This document shows positions 1 through 12,270 of a DNA stretch of 64,000 bases, piece by piece. The translations under genes were made by a program, and so were the position numbers. Location: positions 18,620,341 through 18,684,340 of the forward strand of contig NC_083409.1 in assembly GCF_020745735.1 (NCBI RefSeq). The letters run 5' to 3'. Position 1 is the first letter of the stretch, and the number at the start of each line of letters is the position of its first letter. The DNA comes from Hemiscyllium ocellatum. Its lineage: Eukaryota. The notes beneath the pieces were generated by a model. The model was not told the origin of the DNA. It did not search any database and saw only the letters and a list, made by a program, of their open reading frames with translations.

Positions 1-20
1 CAGGCAGCATCAGGCGGTGA

Positions 21-2390
21 AGAAGTTGATGTTTTGGGTGTAACCCTTCTTCAGGAATAGCGGTGAGTGTAGGTGGAGCTGCAGATAAAGGGGGTGGCGG
101 GGCAAGGTGGAGAATGGGGATAGATGAAGACAGGCAGATGACACGACCTGGTTCGTTAATGGAAGGAATAAATCTGTTTGGTGGCAGAGAGGAGTTGAAG
201 AAATGGGAGGGGCTGGGGAGGGAGTCCGGGGATGGGAAGGGAAGGTGTTTGAAATTGGAGAACTCAGTGTTGAATCCTCTGGGCTGTAGGCTGCCCAGGC
301 GGAAGATGAGGTATTGTCCCTCCAATTTGCGATTTGGTTCATTGTGGCAATGGAGGAAGCCAAAGATGATCATGGTAGAAAGGGAGTGGGAAGGGGAATT
401 AAAATGGGTGGTGACTGGGAGGTCTGGTCGGCTCCTACAGGCCCAGCTGAGATGCACGACCAACCACTGCCTAAGTTTATGTTTGGTCTTCCCGATGTAG
501 AGAAGACCACATCGCCGTCACCTGATGCAGTAAACTAGGTTGGAGGAGAGGCAGGTGAACCTCTGTCTCACTGGAAGGACTGTTTGGGGCCCTGGATGGA
601 GGTCCTGGAGTTGGTGTACCAGCAGGCTTTGCATCCTTTCCGTTTGCAGGGGAAGGTACCTGGGGGTTCAGGAGAGATGGTGGAGAGAATGGTGCAAACC
701 AAGAATTGTCAAAGAGAACAGTCCTTGTGGAAGGCAGACAGGGGTAGGGTGAGGAAGACATTCTTGGTGGTGGGGTCTTGTTGGGGTTGGCAGAATAGGA
801 TGATGTGTTGGATACAGAGATTGGTTTGGGTGATAGATGAGGACAATGGGCACTCTGTCTTTATTCTGTTTGGAGGGGGGTGGGTTTAGAGCAGTGGAAT
901 GGGAAATGGAGGTGGTGCGATGGATGACAGAAGGAGCAAAAGCATGTTGTTCGAAATAGGTGGACATCTGGAATACCTGGGAGCGGAATGTCTCCTCATC
1001 CGAGCAGATAGAGCAGAGGCGGAGGAATTGGAAGAATGGGATGGAGGTCTTGCAGGACACTGGGTGGGAGAATGTATATTCCGGGTAATAATGAGTTTGC
1101 AGTAAATGTCTATCTGAACACGGTTACTGGAGATGGGAATGGAGAGGTCAATAAGGGGAGGGAGGTGTCCGAGGTGGACCAAGTGAACTTGAGGGTAGGG
1201 TGGAAGTTGTGGGCGAAGACGATGAACTGCTCCAGTTCAGCCTGGGTGCAGGTCACTGCACCAACGCAGTCATCGATGTAATGGTAGAAGAGTTGGGGCA
1301 CAGTGCCTGTGTAGGCACTGAAGAGGGACTGTTCAGCATAGCCAAGAAAGGGGCAGGGGTCGCTGGGGCCCATCCAGGTACTCATAGCCACCCCTGGATT
1401 TAGAGGAACTGGGAGGAGTTAAAGGAAAAGTTGTTGAGGGGTAGGAGCAGTTCGGCCAGATGGAGGAGGGTATTGGTGGAGGGGGACTGGATGGATCTGT
1501 TGGAGAGAAAAAGAGAGAGGGCCAGGAGGCTGATCTTGTTGGGTATGGACGTTTATAAGGACTGTCCATAGTGAAGGTAAAGTGCTGGGGTCCTGGGAAC
1601 TGAAGGTTACTGAAGAGATGGAGGGCATGGTTGGTGTCACAGATGTAGGTGGGAAATGCCTGAACCAAAGAGGAGAGGATGGAGTTGAGGTAGGATGAGA
1701 GGAGTTCGGTGGGGCAGGAGCATGTTGAGATGATGGGTCAGCCAGTGTAGTTGGGTTTGTGGATCTTGGGGAGCAGGTAGAACTGGGCAGTGCAGGGCTG
1801 GGGGACTGTGAGATTGGAGACAGTGGAGGGGAGATTACTGGAGGCAATGGGGGCACTGACAGTGTAGTGATTTTGGCCTGATGGGTCACAGTGGGGTCAT
1901 GGGCAAGGGGGAGGTAGAATGTGGTGTCAGAGAGTTGGGATTCGGCCTCTGTGACATAGAGGTCCGTTCCCCAGACTACCACCTTTGTTAGTGGGTTTGA
2001 TGGTGAACCGGGGGTTGGTACGGAGAGAGTGGATTGCTGCACGTTTTGAGGAGGGGTGATTGGAGAGGGTGAGGGGGGTGGAGAAATTGAGGCGGCTGAT
2101 GTCACATCAGTGGTCAGCAATGAAGAGCTCTAGGGTGTGTACACACCTGGTGGTGGGGGGGTTGGGGGGTTACCAAATGGAGGAGGAAGGTTGAAGGTGG
2201 GAGGAGGGGTCCTCAGAGGGAGTTTGGGAGTTTTTGTTAAAGAAGAAGACTCGGAGGTAGAGGCGGCGGAAGAAGAGCTCCACGTCCTGGTGGGTGCGGG
2301 ATTTTTTGAAGTTGGGAACAAATGTGAGCCCTTTTCTCAGGATGAACCATTTAGACTCAGAGAGTTCGAGGTCGTGGGGGGATAGTAAAT
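21..2390 (-). mobile_element. Penelope-like retroelement (PLE), decayed: RT plus C-terminal region and terminal repeat
   Basis: Minus-strand fragments MGPS..LF.GY.EQSLF...PQLFYHYIDDC (RT, YIDD-type motif), FQFLRLCSICSDEETF, a GIY-YIG region near 500-600, and a terminal repeat with a hammerhead relic at 21-60. Many frameshifts. Confidence 0.85.
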
Positions 2391-2765
2391 AAGGGGCAAG
2401 GCTCGGGGTGGGGGACGAAGTTTTCAGGGGGGTCCGAGATGGCTGAAGGAGGGGAGGGGGAAAGGGTAATGGGAATAGGAGAGAATGGGTGTGGGAGAGA
2501 AAGGAGATTGGGGCGGAGGTGGGTTATGGAGTGAGGTGGGCGAGTGGGAAGGTGGGGATGAGGTGAAGAGGGAGAAGTGGAGGGAGAGGGTGCACTGTGG
2601 GGGTGGATGGGTGAGGAGGGAGAGCGAGTGTGCTGGCTGGCTGCAGGTAGGCAGTTGGACTCAGGGTGACTGTGGGAAGTGTAGTCTCAGTCTTGGTTGC
2701 AGAGTGGGAGGGGCCAGAAGTGGAGGCAGAGGTTGGAGCGAAGTCAAGGCTGGATTGGGTGTTTT

Positions 2766-3068
2766 GACCCAAGTTCAATTCCAGCCTCAGGCGACTGTCT
2801 GTGTGGAGTTTGCTCATTCTCCAAGTGCCTGCGTAGGTTTCCTCTGGGTGCTCTGGTTTCCTACCACAGTCTAAAGACGTGCAGGTTAGGTGAATTGGCC
2901 ATGCTAAGTTACCCATAGTGGTCAGGGATGTGTAGGTTAGGCTCATTAGTCAGGGGAAAAGCAGAGTAATAAGACAGGGGATTGGGTCTTGGGTAGGTTA
3001 CTCTTCCAAGGTCAGTGTGGACATGTTGGGCCAAGTGGCCTGTTTCCTCACTGTAGGGATTTTATGAC
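2766..3068 (+). mobile_element. HE1-type V-SINE, 5' truncated
   Basis: B-box GTTCAATTCC, V-domain GGAGTTTGC...GGTTTCCTC...GTGCTC.GGTTTCC, CR1-like 3' tail GGCCTGTTTCC..ACTGTAGGGATT. Confidence 0.8.
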
Positions 3069-3787
3069 AGTCCATTCCGGATTCCCACCACCTGTTGAGT
3101 GAAAAAGTTCTTCACCAAATCTTATTTGCAGTATCCATAATGAAATCTTTCAAACCATTCATTTTGTTTAATGTCATTTAGCTCTTGAGCTCCTTGTTCA
3201 ATAAATATTTTATTCTTTTTGATGAAATATGAGTTATCTGACAGGGACAGTTACCTTTGTCCAATCAGGGAGCCCCGGCTGACAGATAAAAAGGGGCATG
3301 TCAGAAGGACTGACACTCTGGGACCTGACTCTGAATAACAACCTGCCAACCAACTTGCCCCCCCTCCCGCTTCTGTCACCCTCAATCTCCCCATGCTTAC
3401 TCTTGTTTCACCTTCGATCCAGCCTGTGCTGCCTTTGGGAGAGGTTGGCCTTCCCTCCATCACCCAGGAATGTGGTCATTATCCCAGAGCAGTCACACTT
3501 TTAACCTGAGGGTCATCACAGCTGGGGCAGGGGGAGAGAAGGTGGCACCTTCATGGTGGTCATACCTGTCATTAATCCACCGCAACCTCTCTTGGGGCTG
3601 CAAGAATTCAACCTCCCTCCCTCAGACAGCTCCCCTCCCTGGAAGGTAATATTGCTGCACCTTGTTTTGGGTTAATAAACCACTGAAATATGACTATGGG
3701 GAGCCAGCATTGGCTGGGCAGGCAGCCACGATTGACCCTGGATTCAGAAAGTCCCCTTGTAATTGGGCAAAACATTAGGGAGCACAG

Positions 3788-4080
3788 TCTAGATTAGAGT
3801 AGTGCTGGAAAAGCACAGCAGGTCAGGCAGCATCTGAGGAGCAGGAAAATCGACATTTCTGCATTAGGGAGCACAGTGCCCACTGCCTCTGAAATCCCTC
3901 CCTTACTGAGAATACACTCTCAGTATTCACCTTTCTCAGCTGCCATCTGAATTTACAATAAATTCTGTGTCCAATGATCCTGCCCCTCCAGCTACCTGAT
4001 GAAGAAGCAGTGCTCTGAACGCTTCTACTTTCAAATAAACCTGTTTGACTATCACCTGGAGTTGTTGGATTTTTAACTTC
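3788..4080. mobile_element. Two Penelope-terminal fragments of different subfamilies
   Basis: 3788-3852 matches the CTGGAAAAGCACAGCAGGTCAGGCAGCATC family; 3985-4080 matches the CTGATGAAG...AAATAAACCTGTT.GACTAT family. Confidence 0.6.
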
Positions 4081-4214
4081 AGCCATCTGAATGAGCTGCC
4101 ATCTCAGACTGAATCAGCAGAACGGTTTTCCATTCATGATTTGAGAAGATTAAAGCCTAATCTTAAATCCCCAGCACAAAGCCCATTTTCAATCCATCGC
4201 TCAGAGACACATAC

Positions 4215-4363
4215 CTCAGAGAGACACCTATAGACAGCACAGAGTAACACACTCACTCTGTGAGACAGGTAGCACTGAGGAACATGATCACACTCCATGC
4301 TGCAGATAGGTGTCTCCGAATGTGGGTGCGTTACTGAACGCTGCCTGTAGGTGTCTCTCTGAG
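4215..4363. repeat. Imperfect 25 bp inverted repeat with ~100 bp spacer
   Basis: CTCAGAGAGACACCTATAGACAGCA (4215-4239) versus the reverse complement of 4339-4363, 22/25 identical; a partial third copy at ~4299-4320. Confidence 0.75.
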
Positions 4364-4436
4364 TAACAAATCCACACTGAGAGAGACCCCTCCAAGCAGC
4401 ATTAAGTTAAACACTCACACTCAGAGAGTCACACAT

Positions 4437-4635
4437 TCTAGATTAGAGTGGTGCTGGAAAAGCACAGCAGTTCAGGCAGCATCCGAGGAGCAGAAAAACC
4501 AACGTTTTCGGCAAAAGCCCTTCAACAAGAATAGAACTCTATTCCTGATGAAGGGCTTTGCCCGAAATGTCGATTTTCCTGCTCCTCAGATGCTGCCTGA
4601 ACTGCTGTGCTTTTCCAGTACCACTCTAATCTAGA
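4437..4635. mobile_element. Palindromic Penelope-terminal mini-element (~100 bp arms, 4 nt loop)
   Basis: TCTAGATTAGAGTGGTGCTGG...AATAG aact CTATT...CCAGTACCACTCTAATCTAGA. Confidence 0.8.
4541..4575 (+). ncRNA. Minimal type I hammerhead ribozyme motif (PLE type), weak stem I
   Basis: CTGATGA (4545-4551), A, GGGC-TTT-GCCC, GAAA (4564-4567), T, GTC. Stem I has only C-G, U-A, a mismatch and A-U. Confidence 0.55.
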
Positions 4636-5044
4636 ATCAGGTTTCCAGCATCTGCAGTCCTTGTTTTTACCTCAGAGAGACAGAGCTGACAATATCAGTG
4701 ATTGGCCGAAGATTGTTTCAGCAGCTACCCAACATGCAGCAGAGATTGCACAGTGCGATCCCATCAGCTGGACCTGGACCAACAGAGTGAAGAGGGAATG
4801 CGTCAGATTGTACTTATTGAGTCCTAACAGCTTTCAGTTTCTGTTCTTTTTGGAATCTTGTAACCTGCATAAATTCCTGACCAAAGGGATCATTTGAAAA
4901 TGATTAATGATTGATGATTGTAATTGATTGACAGGCCAACCAGCCAATCTTGACAATGACTTGCTGAAATGCAGCCAATCAACTGGGGGGTGGGGAAGAT
5001 CATCTATTTCCAAAGCACACAGAGATAGAGACTGAATCTTCATC

Positions 5045-5050
5045 TTTATT
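5045..5050 (-). terminator. PolyA signal of kappa cluster 1
   Basis: AATAAA on the minus strand ~530 nt after the C stop, followed by a GT-rich tract; same position in cluster 2. Confidence 0.75.
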
Positions 5051-5576
5051 ACCTTTTCCACATTCACATTGACAGAAAAAAAAACTGCAATTAACAGCCC
5101 AGACAGAGGAAGCTGCTCAAATTCACAGCCACAATGGAGTTTAAGGAAAACATTTGTGGAGAATTGCTCAATAACATGAGAATCCTGTCCCTTCAAACAG
5201 TGACAAAACCTTAAATTGGAACTGACAGCTGAGCAGGAAGGAGATCTGGTTTACTGAAGCAGAGAATTCTGAGGTTCACATTGTTTTGTACAGCTGTCAG
5301 TCTTCAGCAACTTCAAGAGATTTTACTTGGCATCACAAGTCAACCCTGTCCCCATCAAACACTCCCACAACAGGGACAGCATGGCGTTTGACACAGCATA
5401 AAGCTCCCTCGACACTGTCGCAATGACCTGCTTTAACATCCAAACCTCAGAAGGTTCTCTGAGCAGTCCTGAGAAGGAAGAGAGTTGAAATTCAGTGCTG
5501 ACAATGACCTTTGTCCTGCCAGCTCAGCCCTGTTCTATTTAAAGTTGTGTCTCCTCTGTGGACTGTCTCACACTCT

Positions 5577-5905
5577 CTACACACATTCTGATTTACTGAT
5601 GCTCTTGCTGAGGGGAGAGGGGAGGGTCACATGTGTGAGGGCACAGGAGAAGTGAGCGTTGGACTCCCAGTCAGACCCAGAGAGGGTCAGCAGGCTGCTG
5701 ACACTGTAGGTACTGTCCGAAGCTCGCAGGTAGTTGCTAGTCTGAACCCCGTCTGAAATGACTGCACCGTCCTTCTTCCACTGCACCTCCAGCTCATCGG
5801 GATAGAAGTGATTGGCAAGGCACACCAGGGTGGCAGTGCCCTTGGCATTGACCTGCTCCGGGGAGGGAGGCAGCAGGGTCAGCTTGGGCTGAGAGTTCTC
5901 ACGGC
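5577..5905 (-). CDS. IGKC: Ig kappa constant exon, cluster 1 (329 nt, phase 1)
   Basis: Acceptor TTTCTCTTGTCTTTCAG. (S)RENSQPKLTLLPPSPEQVNAKGTATLVCLANHFYPDELEVQWKKDG...FSCALTHVTLPSPLSKSISKSECV*: C1-set Cys-Trp-Cys, penultimate Cys, no TM exon. Confidence 0.97.
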
Positions 5906-6449
5906 CTGAAAGACAAGAGAAACAATTTTAATCCCTGCCATTTGAAGGGAATTCAACCCTCACAATATTCACTGGCAATACAATCTTTTTGAACATTTTT
6001 AGTCAATACAGAATAAACCCGACAAAAGAACAGACACTGTTGAAATTGCTTCTTGGGATCTGAGTGTCACTGGCAGGGCCAACATTCATTACCGTCCCTA
6101 GTTGCCCCTGAGAAGGTGATGGTGAAGCAGCAGAGAGAGAAGGGACAATTTTGGACCATCAGTTATGGAATGAATGTAGGCATCTGGAAGGGCTATTGAT
6201 GGGGGAACATTTTAGTGACAGTGATCAGAACTCAGTGAGATTGAGAGAAGGGATGGAAACGGAGAACCATGGAGCAAGTGTAAAAGTTTTCATTTTCCTA
6301 AACTGTGCAGTGCTTTGGTAAAATTGGATCGGAACCAATGACATGATGGAAAATCAGTGTCAGGGCAGTGGGATCCCTCGAAGGATGAGACAGACTGTTC
6401 TGAATCTGTTCCCACAATGAGTAAGGGTGGGACTCCCAGATCTAGACCA

Positions 6450-7910
6450 AACAAGAGGATTGGGTTCACGTACTGACAAAGATTGGGAACTGGTTGGCAG
6501 GCAGCACAGAAAGAATGAGTCTTTTTCTGAATGGCAGGTAATTACAACTTAGGCTGCCACAGGGGTCAGCCCTTGGTACCCAGTTATTCATAATAAATAA
6601 CAATGGATTCATAGGGACCCAAAAGGCCCATCAGCCCATTGTGTCCATACTGGTCAAAAAACAACAACCCAATAATTGTCATCCATTTTTCCAGCAAAAG
6701 GGAATTTGATGCAATGTGTATTTAAGAAGGAATTAGATATAGTTCTTAGGATTAAAGGGATCAAAGAATGTGGGGAGAAAGTAGGAACAGGGGACTGTGT
6801 TGGATGAACAGCCATGATCATATTGAATGGTGGAGCAGGCTTGAAGGGCTGAATGGCCTACTGCTGCTCCTGTGTTTGATGTTTCTATCTGTTTCTCAGA
6901 TAATGAAGGAATATCTCTCATCATTTTGAAGCTGGAAGTCAGATGTGTGTGGAGGTGAAAGATGTGGCCATGGTGACTAATGAATGCAGGTCAGTGAGGT
7001 GGTTCAGAAGACACATGGGATAAACTGTTTTTCTTTTTCCCTTGATGGAATGAGGGCATTGCTGGATCGGCAACATTTATTGCCCATCCCTAATCACCCA
7101 AAGGGCAGTTTAGAGTCACCCACATTGCTGTGGATCTGGGGTCACATGGTAAGGATGGCAGTTTTCTGCCCTAAAGGACATCAGGGAATCAGATGCTTTT
7201 TCCTGACAATCAACGATGGTTTCATGGTCATCATTAGTCTCTTAATTGCAGATTTTGTTTTGATTGAATTTGAATGCCACCATCTGCTGGATTCTAACCC
7301 TGGTCCCCAGAATATTATCTGGATCTCTGGATTAACAGCTCAGCAATATCACCATTAGACCATCACCTCCCTTATCTCATTTTTGGTTGACTGTGAAAGC
7401 AAGGAGTTTGTTCATTCTGGAACTGTATAAAACCCCAGTTAGAGCACAGTGAGAGAGCTGTGTACGGTTCTGGTCACCACATTACAGGAAGGATGTGATT
7501 CCATTAGAGATGGGGACAGAGGAGGAGTTTGTCTGGAATGGGGACTTTGAGCTTTGCGGAATGATTGGATTGGCTGGGACTGTTTTCTTTGGAACACAGG
7601 AGGCTGAGGGGAGATTTGATGGTGGTGTATAAAATGATGAGGGGCCTGGACCGAGTGGGTAGGAAGGACTGATTTCCACCAGCACAGAGGGCAATAACCA
7701 TGGGGAGAGATTGAAATCAGTTGGGGGCAGGATTAGAGGGGGGTTGAGGGTATTTGTTTTCACCCAGAGCTTGGTGGGATGTGGGACTCACTGTCTGAAA
7801 GGGTGGGAGAGGCAGAAACCCTCATCACATTGAAAAAACACTTAGATGTTCACTTGAAACAGCGAAACTTCCAGAGCTATGGAGCAAGAGCTGGAAAGTG
7901 GGGTGGAGCG
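6450..7910 (+). mobile_element. CR1 LINE RT and 3' fragments in the J-C intron, largely shared with the right arm
   Basis: Degenerate CR1 RT and C-terminal motifs and 3' tails (GAATGGCCTACTGCTGCTCC). 7380-7910 is homologous to 54670-55140 (reverse complement). Confidence 0.75.
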
Positions 7911-8214
7911 TGATATCTCTTTAACAAACCTCCGATTACCCACAGATCAGGATAACCTTATCCAAGAACATTGGAGCAGACTCGGATCCACACACGTCAG
8001 GAAAGAATCACGTTGGGTGTCTGTGTAGAAGATTCTAGATTATATTTCAAACTTTGCTGCACACTATTGGGCTGAGGTCAAGGGTGAGGCTGCAAAGAGT
8101 CTCAGTGTCCTAGGGTCAGACAGGGTCACTGCTCCTAATGACCCCACGACTCCTGGAAGGTGAGAGTGCGCAGACAATGGATGAGGATCCAGATCAGGAG
8201 ACTCCAACCTTCAA

Positions 8215-8450
8215 GAAAGACTTGCACTTGTGTAGCACCTGTCCCCAATTCAGGATGTCCCACTGGATCTTTCCAGCAGACTGTGCACAGCGAGATCCCA
8301 AACACCATGTGATAATTAGCAGAGAAATACATTCTGAGTGATTTTGACTGGGGGATAAATATTGACCAGGGACACCAGAGGGAACTGCCTTCTCTTCATC
8401 CAATAGTGCCATGGAATGGCATCTTTCACAACTGAAAGACTCTCAGTTCA
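8215..8450 (+). mobile_element. Deu-domain SINE (SacSINE1/AmnSINE-like); other copies 9165-9320 (+), 54100-54355 (-), 63300-63480 (+)
   Basis: AAGACTTGCACTTGTGTAGCAC...GCACAGCGAGATCCCA...GGATAAATATTGACCAGGGACACC, resembling the Deu central domain. Confidence 0.6.
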
Positions 8451-8469
8451 TCCAAAAAATGAAGAATAG

Positions 8470-11400
8470 TTCCTTGAAGATGAAGTTGCAGGTAGGTAGG
8501 GAAGTGACAAAGTCATTTGGTTTGCTTTCCTTTATTTGTCAGTGCATTGAGTATTGGAGTTGGGAGCTGTTGCGGCTGTACAGGACATTGGTTAGGGCAC
8601 TTTTGGAATACTGTGTGCAATTCAGTTCTCCTTGATGTAGGAAAAATGTTGCGAATCTTAAAATGATTTACAAGGATGTTGCCAAGGTTAGAGGGTTTGC
8701 ATGAAAAGGAGAGGCTGAATAGGCTGAGGCTGTTTTTCCTGGATCATTGCAGGTTGATGGGTGACCGTATAGAGGTTTATAAAATCATGAGCGGCATAGA
8801 TAGGGTGAATAGAGAAGATTTTTTTCTCCAGAGTTGGGGAGTCCAGAACTGGAGGGCATAGGCTGAAGGTGACAGGGGAAAGATTTAAAAGGGACCTAAG
8901 GGACAATGTTTCCATTCAGAGGGTGTTAAATGTATGGAATGAGCTGCCAGAGGAGGTGGTGAAAGCTGGGACAATTACAACATTTAAAAGGCATGGATAT
9001 GTAAATAGGAAGATGTTAGAGGGATATGGGCCAAATGCTGGCAAGTGGGACTAGATTAATTTCAGATATCTGGTCAGCATGGATGAGTTGGACCAAAGGG
9101 TCTGATTCTGTGCTGTCCATCTCTCTGACTCTAATTGTATTTCAATCCAGCCCTTAACACTTCAGGCTCTCCCAAAGACATTTACAGACAGTTTTGTTTG
9201 ACAAGCAGTCACTGTTGCAATGTCAGTAACGTGGCAGCCAGTTTCTACACAGCAAGATCCCACTGGAAGCAATGAGATCAATGATGTCGGCTCAACGATA
9301 AATATTGGCCTGAACTCAACCCAAAGAGAAAGGAATTTGGTTCAGTTGGATGGAAAATGAGAAAATGGAAGGTAAAGGAGAAGGTAGGATTGCTGGTTAG
9401 TGATGGGATTGATTGTTACCAAAAAATAAAAGAAAGGGATGGAATTTTTAAATATCAAAGGGATCATAAAAGTGCAGGGAAAATCAACAATAGAACAAAC
9501 TTCAAGAGTTTGTATCTAAATGCACAAAGCAATCTGAGTAAGGTTGACAAAGTGATGCCACACATTGAGGTAAATTGAGTTTCCAAGGAATTTAAACTAG
9601 TTAAAGTGGAGGAGGGCTCAGGAAAGGTTATTCAAGTTTCTAGAAGATGTAAAAGGACAGAGAGTACAGAAAGGATCCGGAATTGAACATAAAGCACAGC
9701 AGCTAAGAGGACAATGATTGGAAGGAGGGCAGTCAATGCAGGACTGAGGGTGTTGTACTTAAATGCACACAGTGTACACAATGGGCTTGTAGTGCAGATT
9801 GAAACTGGCAGGTACGATGTTGTGGGTATCACAGGGACATGGCTGAAAGGGAATTCGGGCTGGTAACTAAATATCCAAGGTTATATGTCCTATCAAAAGG
9901 ACGGGCAGATGGGCAGAGGGGGAAGAGTTGCCTTGTTAGTGAGAAATGAAATTAAATCAATAGCAAGAAGTGATGTAGAGTCAGAAGGTGTAGTATCTGT
10001 GTGGGTAGAGCTGAGGAACTGCAATAAATAAAGAATCTGATGCAAGTTATGTCCAGGTCTCCAAGCAGTAATCAGGATGTGGGGAAGGAAATCAGTCAGG
10101 AGACAGAAAATGTCAGGGCAGACTTCAATGGATCGGTGGACTGGGTAGTGTATCTCAAGGAAAGGATTTCATTGAATGTCTATGAGATGGATTTTGGAGC
10201 AGCTTGTGGTTGAGCCATTATGGAACAGGCAGGTCTGGATTCAGTGATGTGTATTGAGGCAAACATGACTAGTGAGTTTAAGGTGAAAGTATCCCTGTGG
10301 ATAAGTGACCATAATACAATAGAATTCCCCCTGTAGTTTGAGAGGGAGAAGCTGCAATCAGATTGAACAGTATTTCAGTTGAGTAAAGGTAACTCAATGT
10401 GGTGGAGAATAGTGGGAAGCCAGCGGATTAGGAAGCCTTTAAAAACCTGCAGAGGATAACTGAAAAAGCATAAAGGGTGGAGAATGTGAAATGTGGGAGT
10501 TATCTAGCCAGTAATATACAAGAAGATTGCAGGAGTTTTATCAGGTGTATAAAAAGGAAGTGTGAGTCAAAAATAGACTATGGATCACTGGAAAATGAGG
10601 CTGGAGAATGAATAACAGGGAATGAAGGAATAGCAGAGGAATTGAATAGATATTTTGCCTCAGTCTGCACCATGGAAAACACCAGCAGTGTCCCAGTACT
10701 TCAAGACTGTCAGGGGCAGAGGGGAGTGCAGTGGCCATCACTAAGGAGGAGGTACAGGGGAAGCTGGAAGGTCTGAATGTGGATAACGCACCCAGACTGG
10801 ATGAACTACACCAGTGTGTTCTGAAGGAGATTGGTGAGGAGATTGTGGAGGCATTGGTGATGATCTTTCAGTAATCAATGGAGTCAGGGTGTGGAGGTGA
10901 GATGGGGATGGATTTGGTGGGGGCAAGGGACAGGAAAATGGCTCACATATCACCCCTGTTTAAGAAGGGAGGGAGGTAGAAGATGGGACATTATCAGCCA
11001 GTTAGCCAGGACTCAGTTGTTGGTAAGGTTTTAGACTTCAATTTAAGGATGAAATTGTAGAGGACTTGGAAGTGCAATGGCTTCATCAAGGAGACGTCAT
11101 GCCTGGCAAATCTGTTAGAATTCGTTGAGGAGGCAATGAGCCAGTCAGACAAAGGAGAGTCCGAGGAAGTAATCTATTTGGATTTCCACAAGGCATTTGA
11201 CATAAGACAAGTGCCCACAGTATTAGAGGCAATGTAGTGGCATGGATTGAAGACTGGCAGGTTGGCATAAAGCAGAACGTGAGGAACAATGGCCGCTGGT
11301 GACTAGTAGAGTTCTGCATGTGTCAATGTTAGGACCATAACTATTCACGTTATACATGAACAATCTGGATGAAGGAAGTGAAGACATTGTTGCTAGGTTT

Positions 11401-12270
11401 GCAGGTGACATGAGGTAGGTGGAGGGACAGGTAGTGTTGCGGACGTGGGAAGGCTGTAAAAGCTCCTGGATAGGCTCGGAGAGTGGGCAAAGAAGTGGGC
11501 AGATAGAATACAATGTGTGACAGTGTGAGGGTGTGCACTTTGGGAGGAAGAAGAGATGCAAAGACTGTTTGCTAAATAAGGAAAGCCTTTGGAAATCTAA
11601 AGCACAAACCTCATTCAGGTTTCCCTTCAGGTTAACAGGCAGGTCCAGTTTGTGCTTGGGAAGGCAAATGAAATGATAGCATTCATTTCAATAGGGCCAG
11701 AATACAAGAGCAGAGATGTACTGCTGAGGCTGTGTCAGGCTCTGGTCAGACCACATTTGGAATATTGTGAGCAGATTTGGGACCCATAGTCTAAGAAACA
11801 ATGTGCTGGTATTGGATGGGTTTACAAGAATGATCCTGGGAATGAAGGGTTTGTCATATGAGGCGTGGTTGAGGACTCTGGGTCTGTACTCGATGGAGTT
11901 TAGAAGAATGATGAGGGATCTGAATGAAATTTGCAGAATACTGATCGGCCTGGATAGAGTGGATACAGGGCAGACTCGGGAACCAAGGCACAACCTCAGA
12001 ATGAAGGGCCGACCCTTTCGAGCTGAGGTGAGGAGGAATTTCTTCAGCCAGAAGGTGGTGAATCTGTGAAACTCATTGCTACAGAGGGCAAGGGAGGCCA
12101 AGTCACTGAGTGTATTTAAGACAGAGATAGATAGGTTTGTGATTGTGAAGGGGATCGAACGTTCCTGTGGAGTAGGCAGGGGAATAGGGGTGAGAAGCAT
12201 ATCTGCCAAGATGAAATGGCAGAGCAGATTCAATGGGCTGAATGGCTGATTTCTGCTCCTATTTCTTAAA
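8470..12270 (+). mobile_element. Stacked CR1 LINEs: 3' fragment 8470-9135 and internally deleted ORF2 9600-12270
   Basis: LEYCVQF motif, APE endonuclease start LYLNAHSV...YDVVGITGTW, RT LDFHKAFD and FAGD motifs, 3' tail at 12230-12270. Confidence 0.85.

Noticed and set aside
1419-2120. Long ORFs of 175-233 aa (1419-2120, 21515-22078, 36536-37111, 42221-42808, 61852-62523)
   Set aside because: They are off-frame or antisense shadows of PLE, CR1 or L2 sequence with low-complexity composition and no host-gene features.
2766-2790. tRNA genes at SINE heads
   Set aside because: The A/B-box-like sequences belong to truncated HE1 SINEs and do not form cloverleaves.
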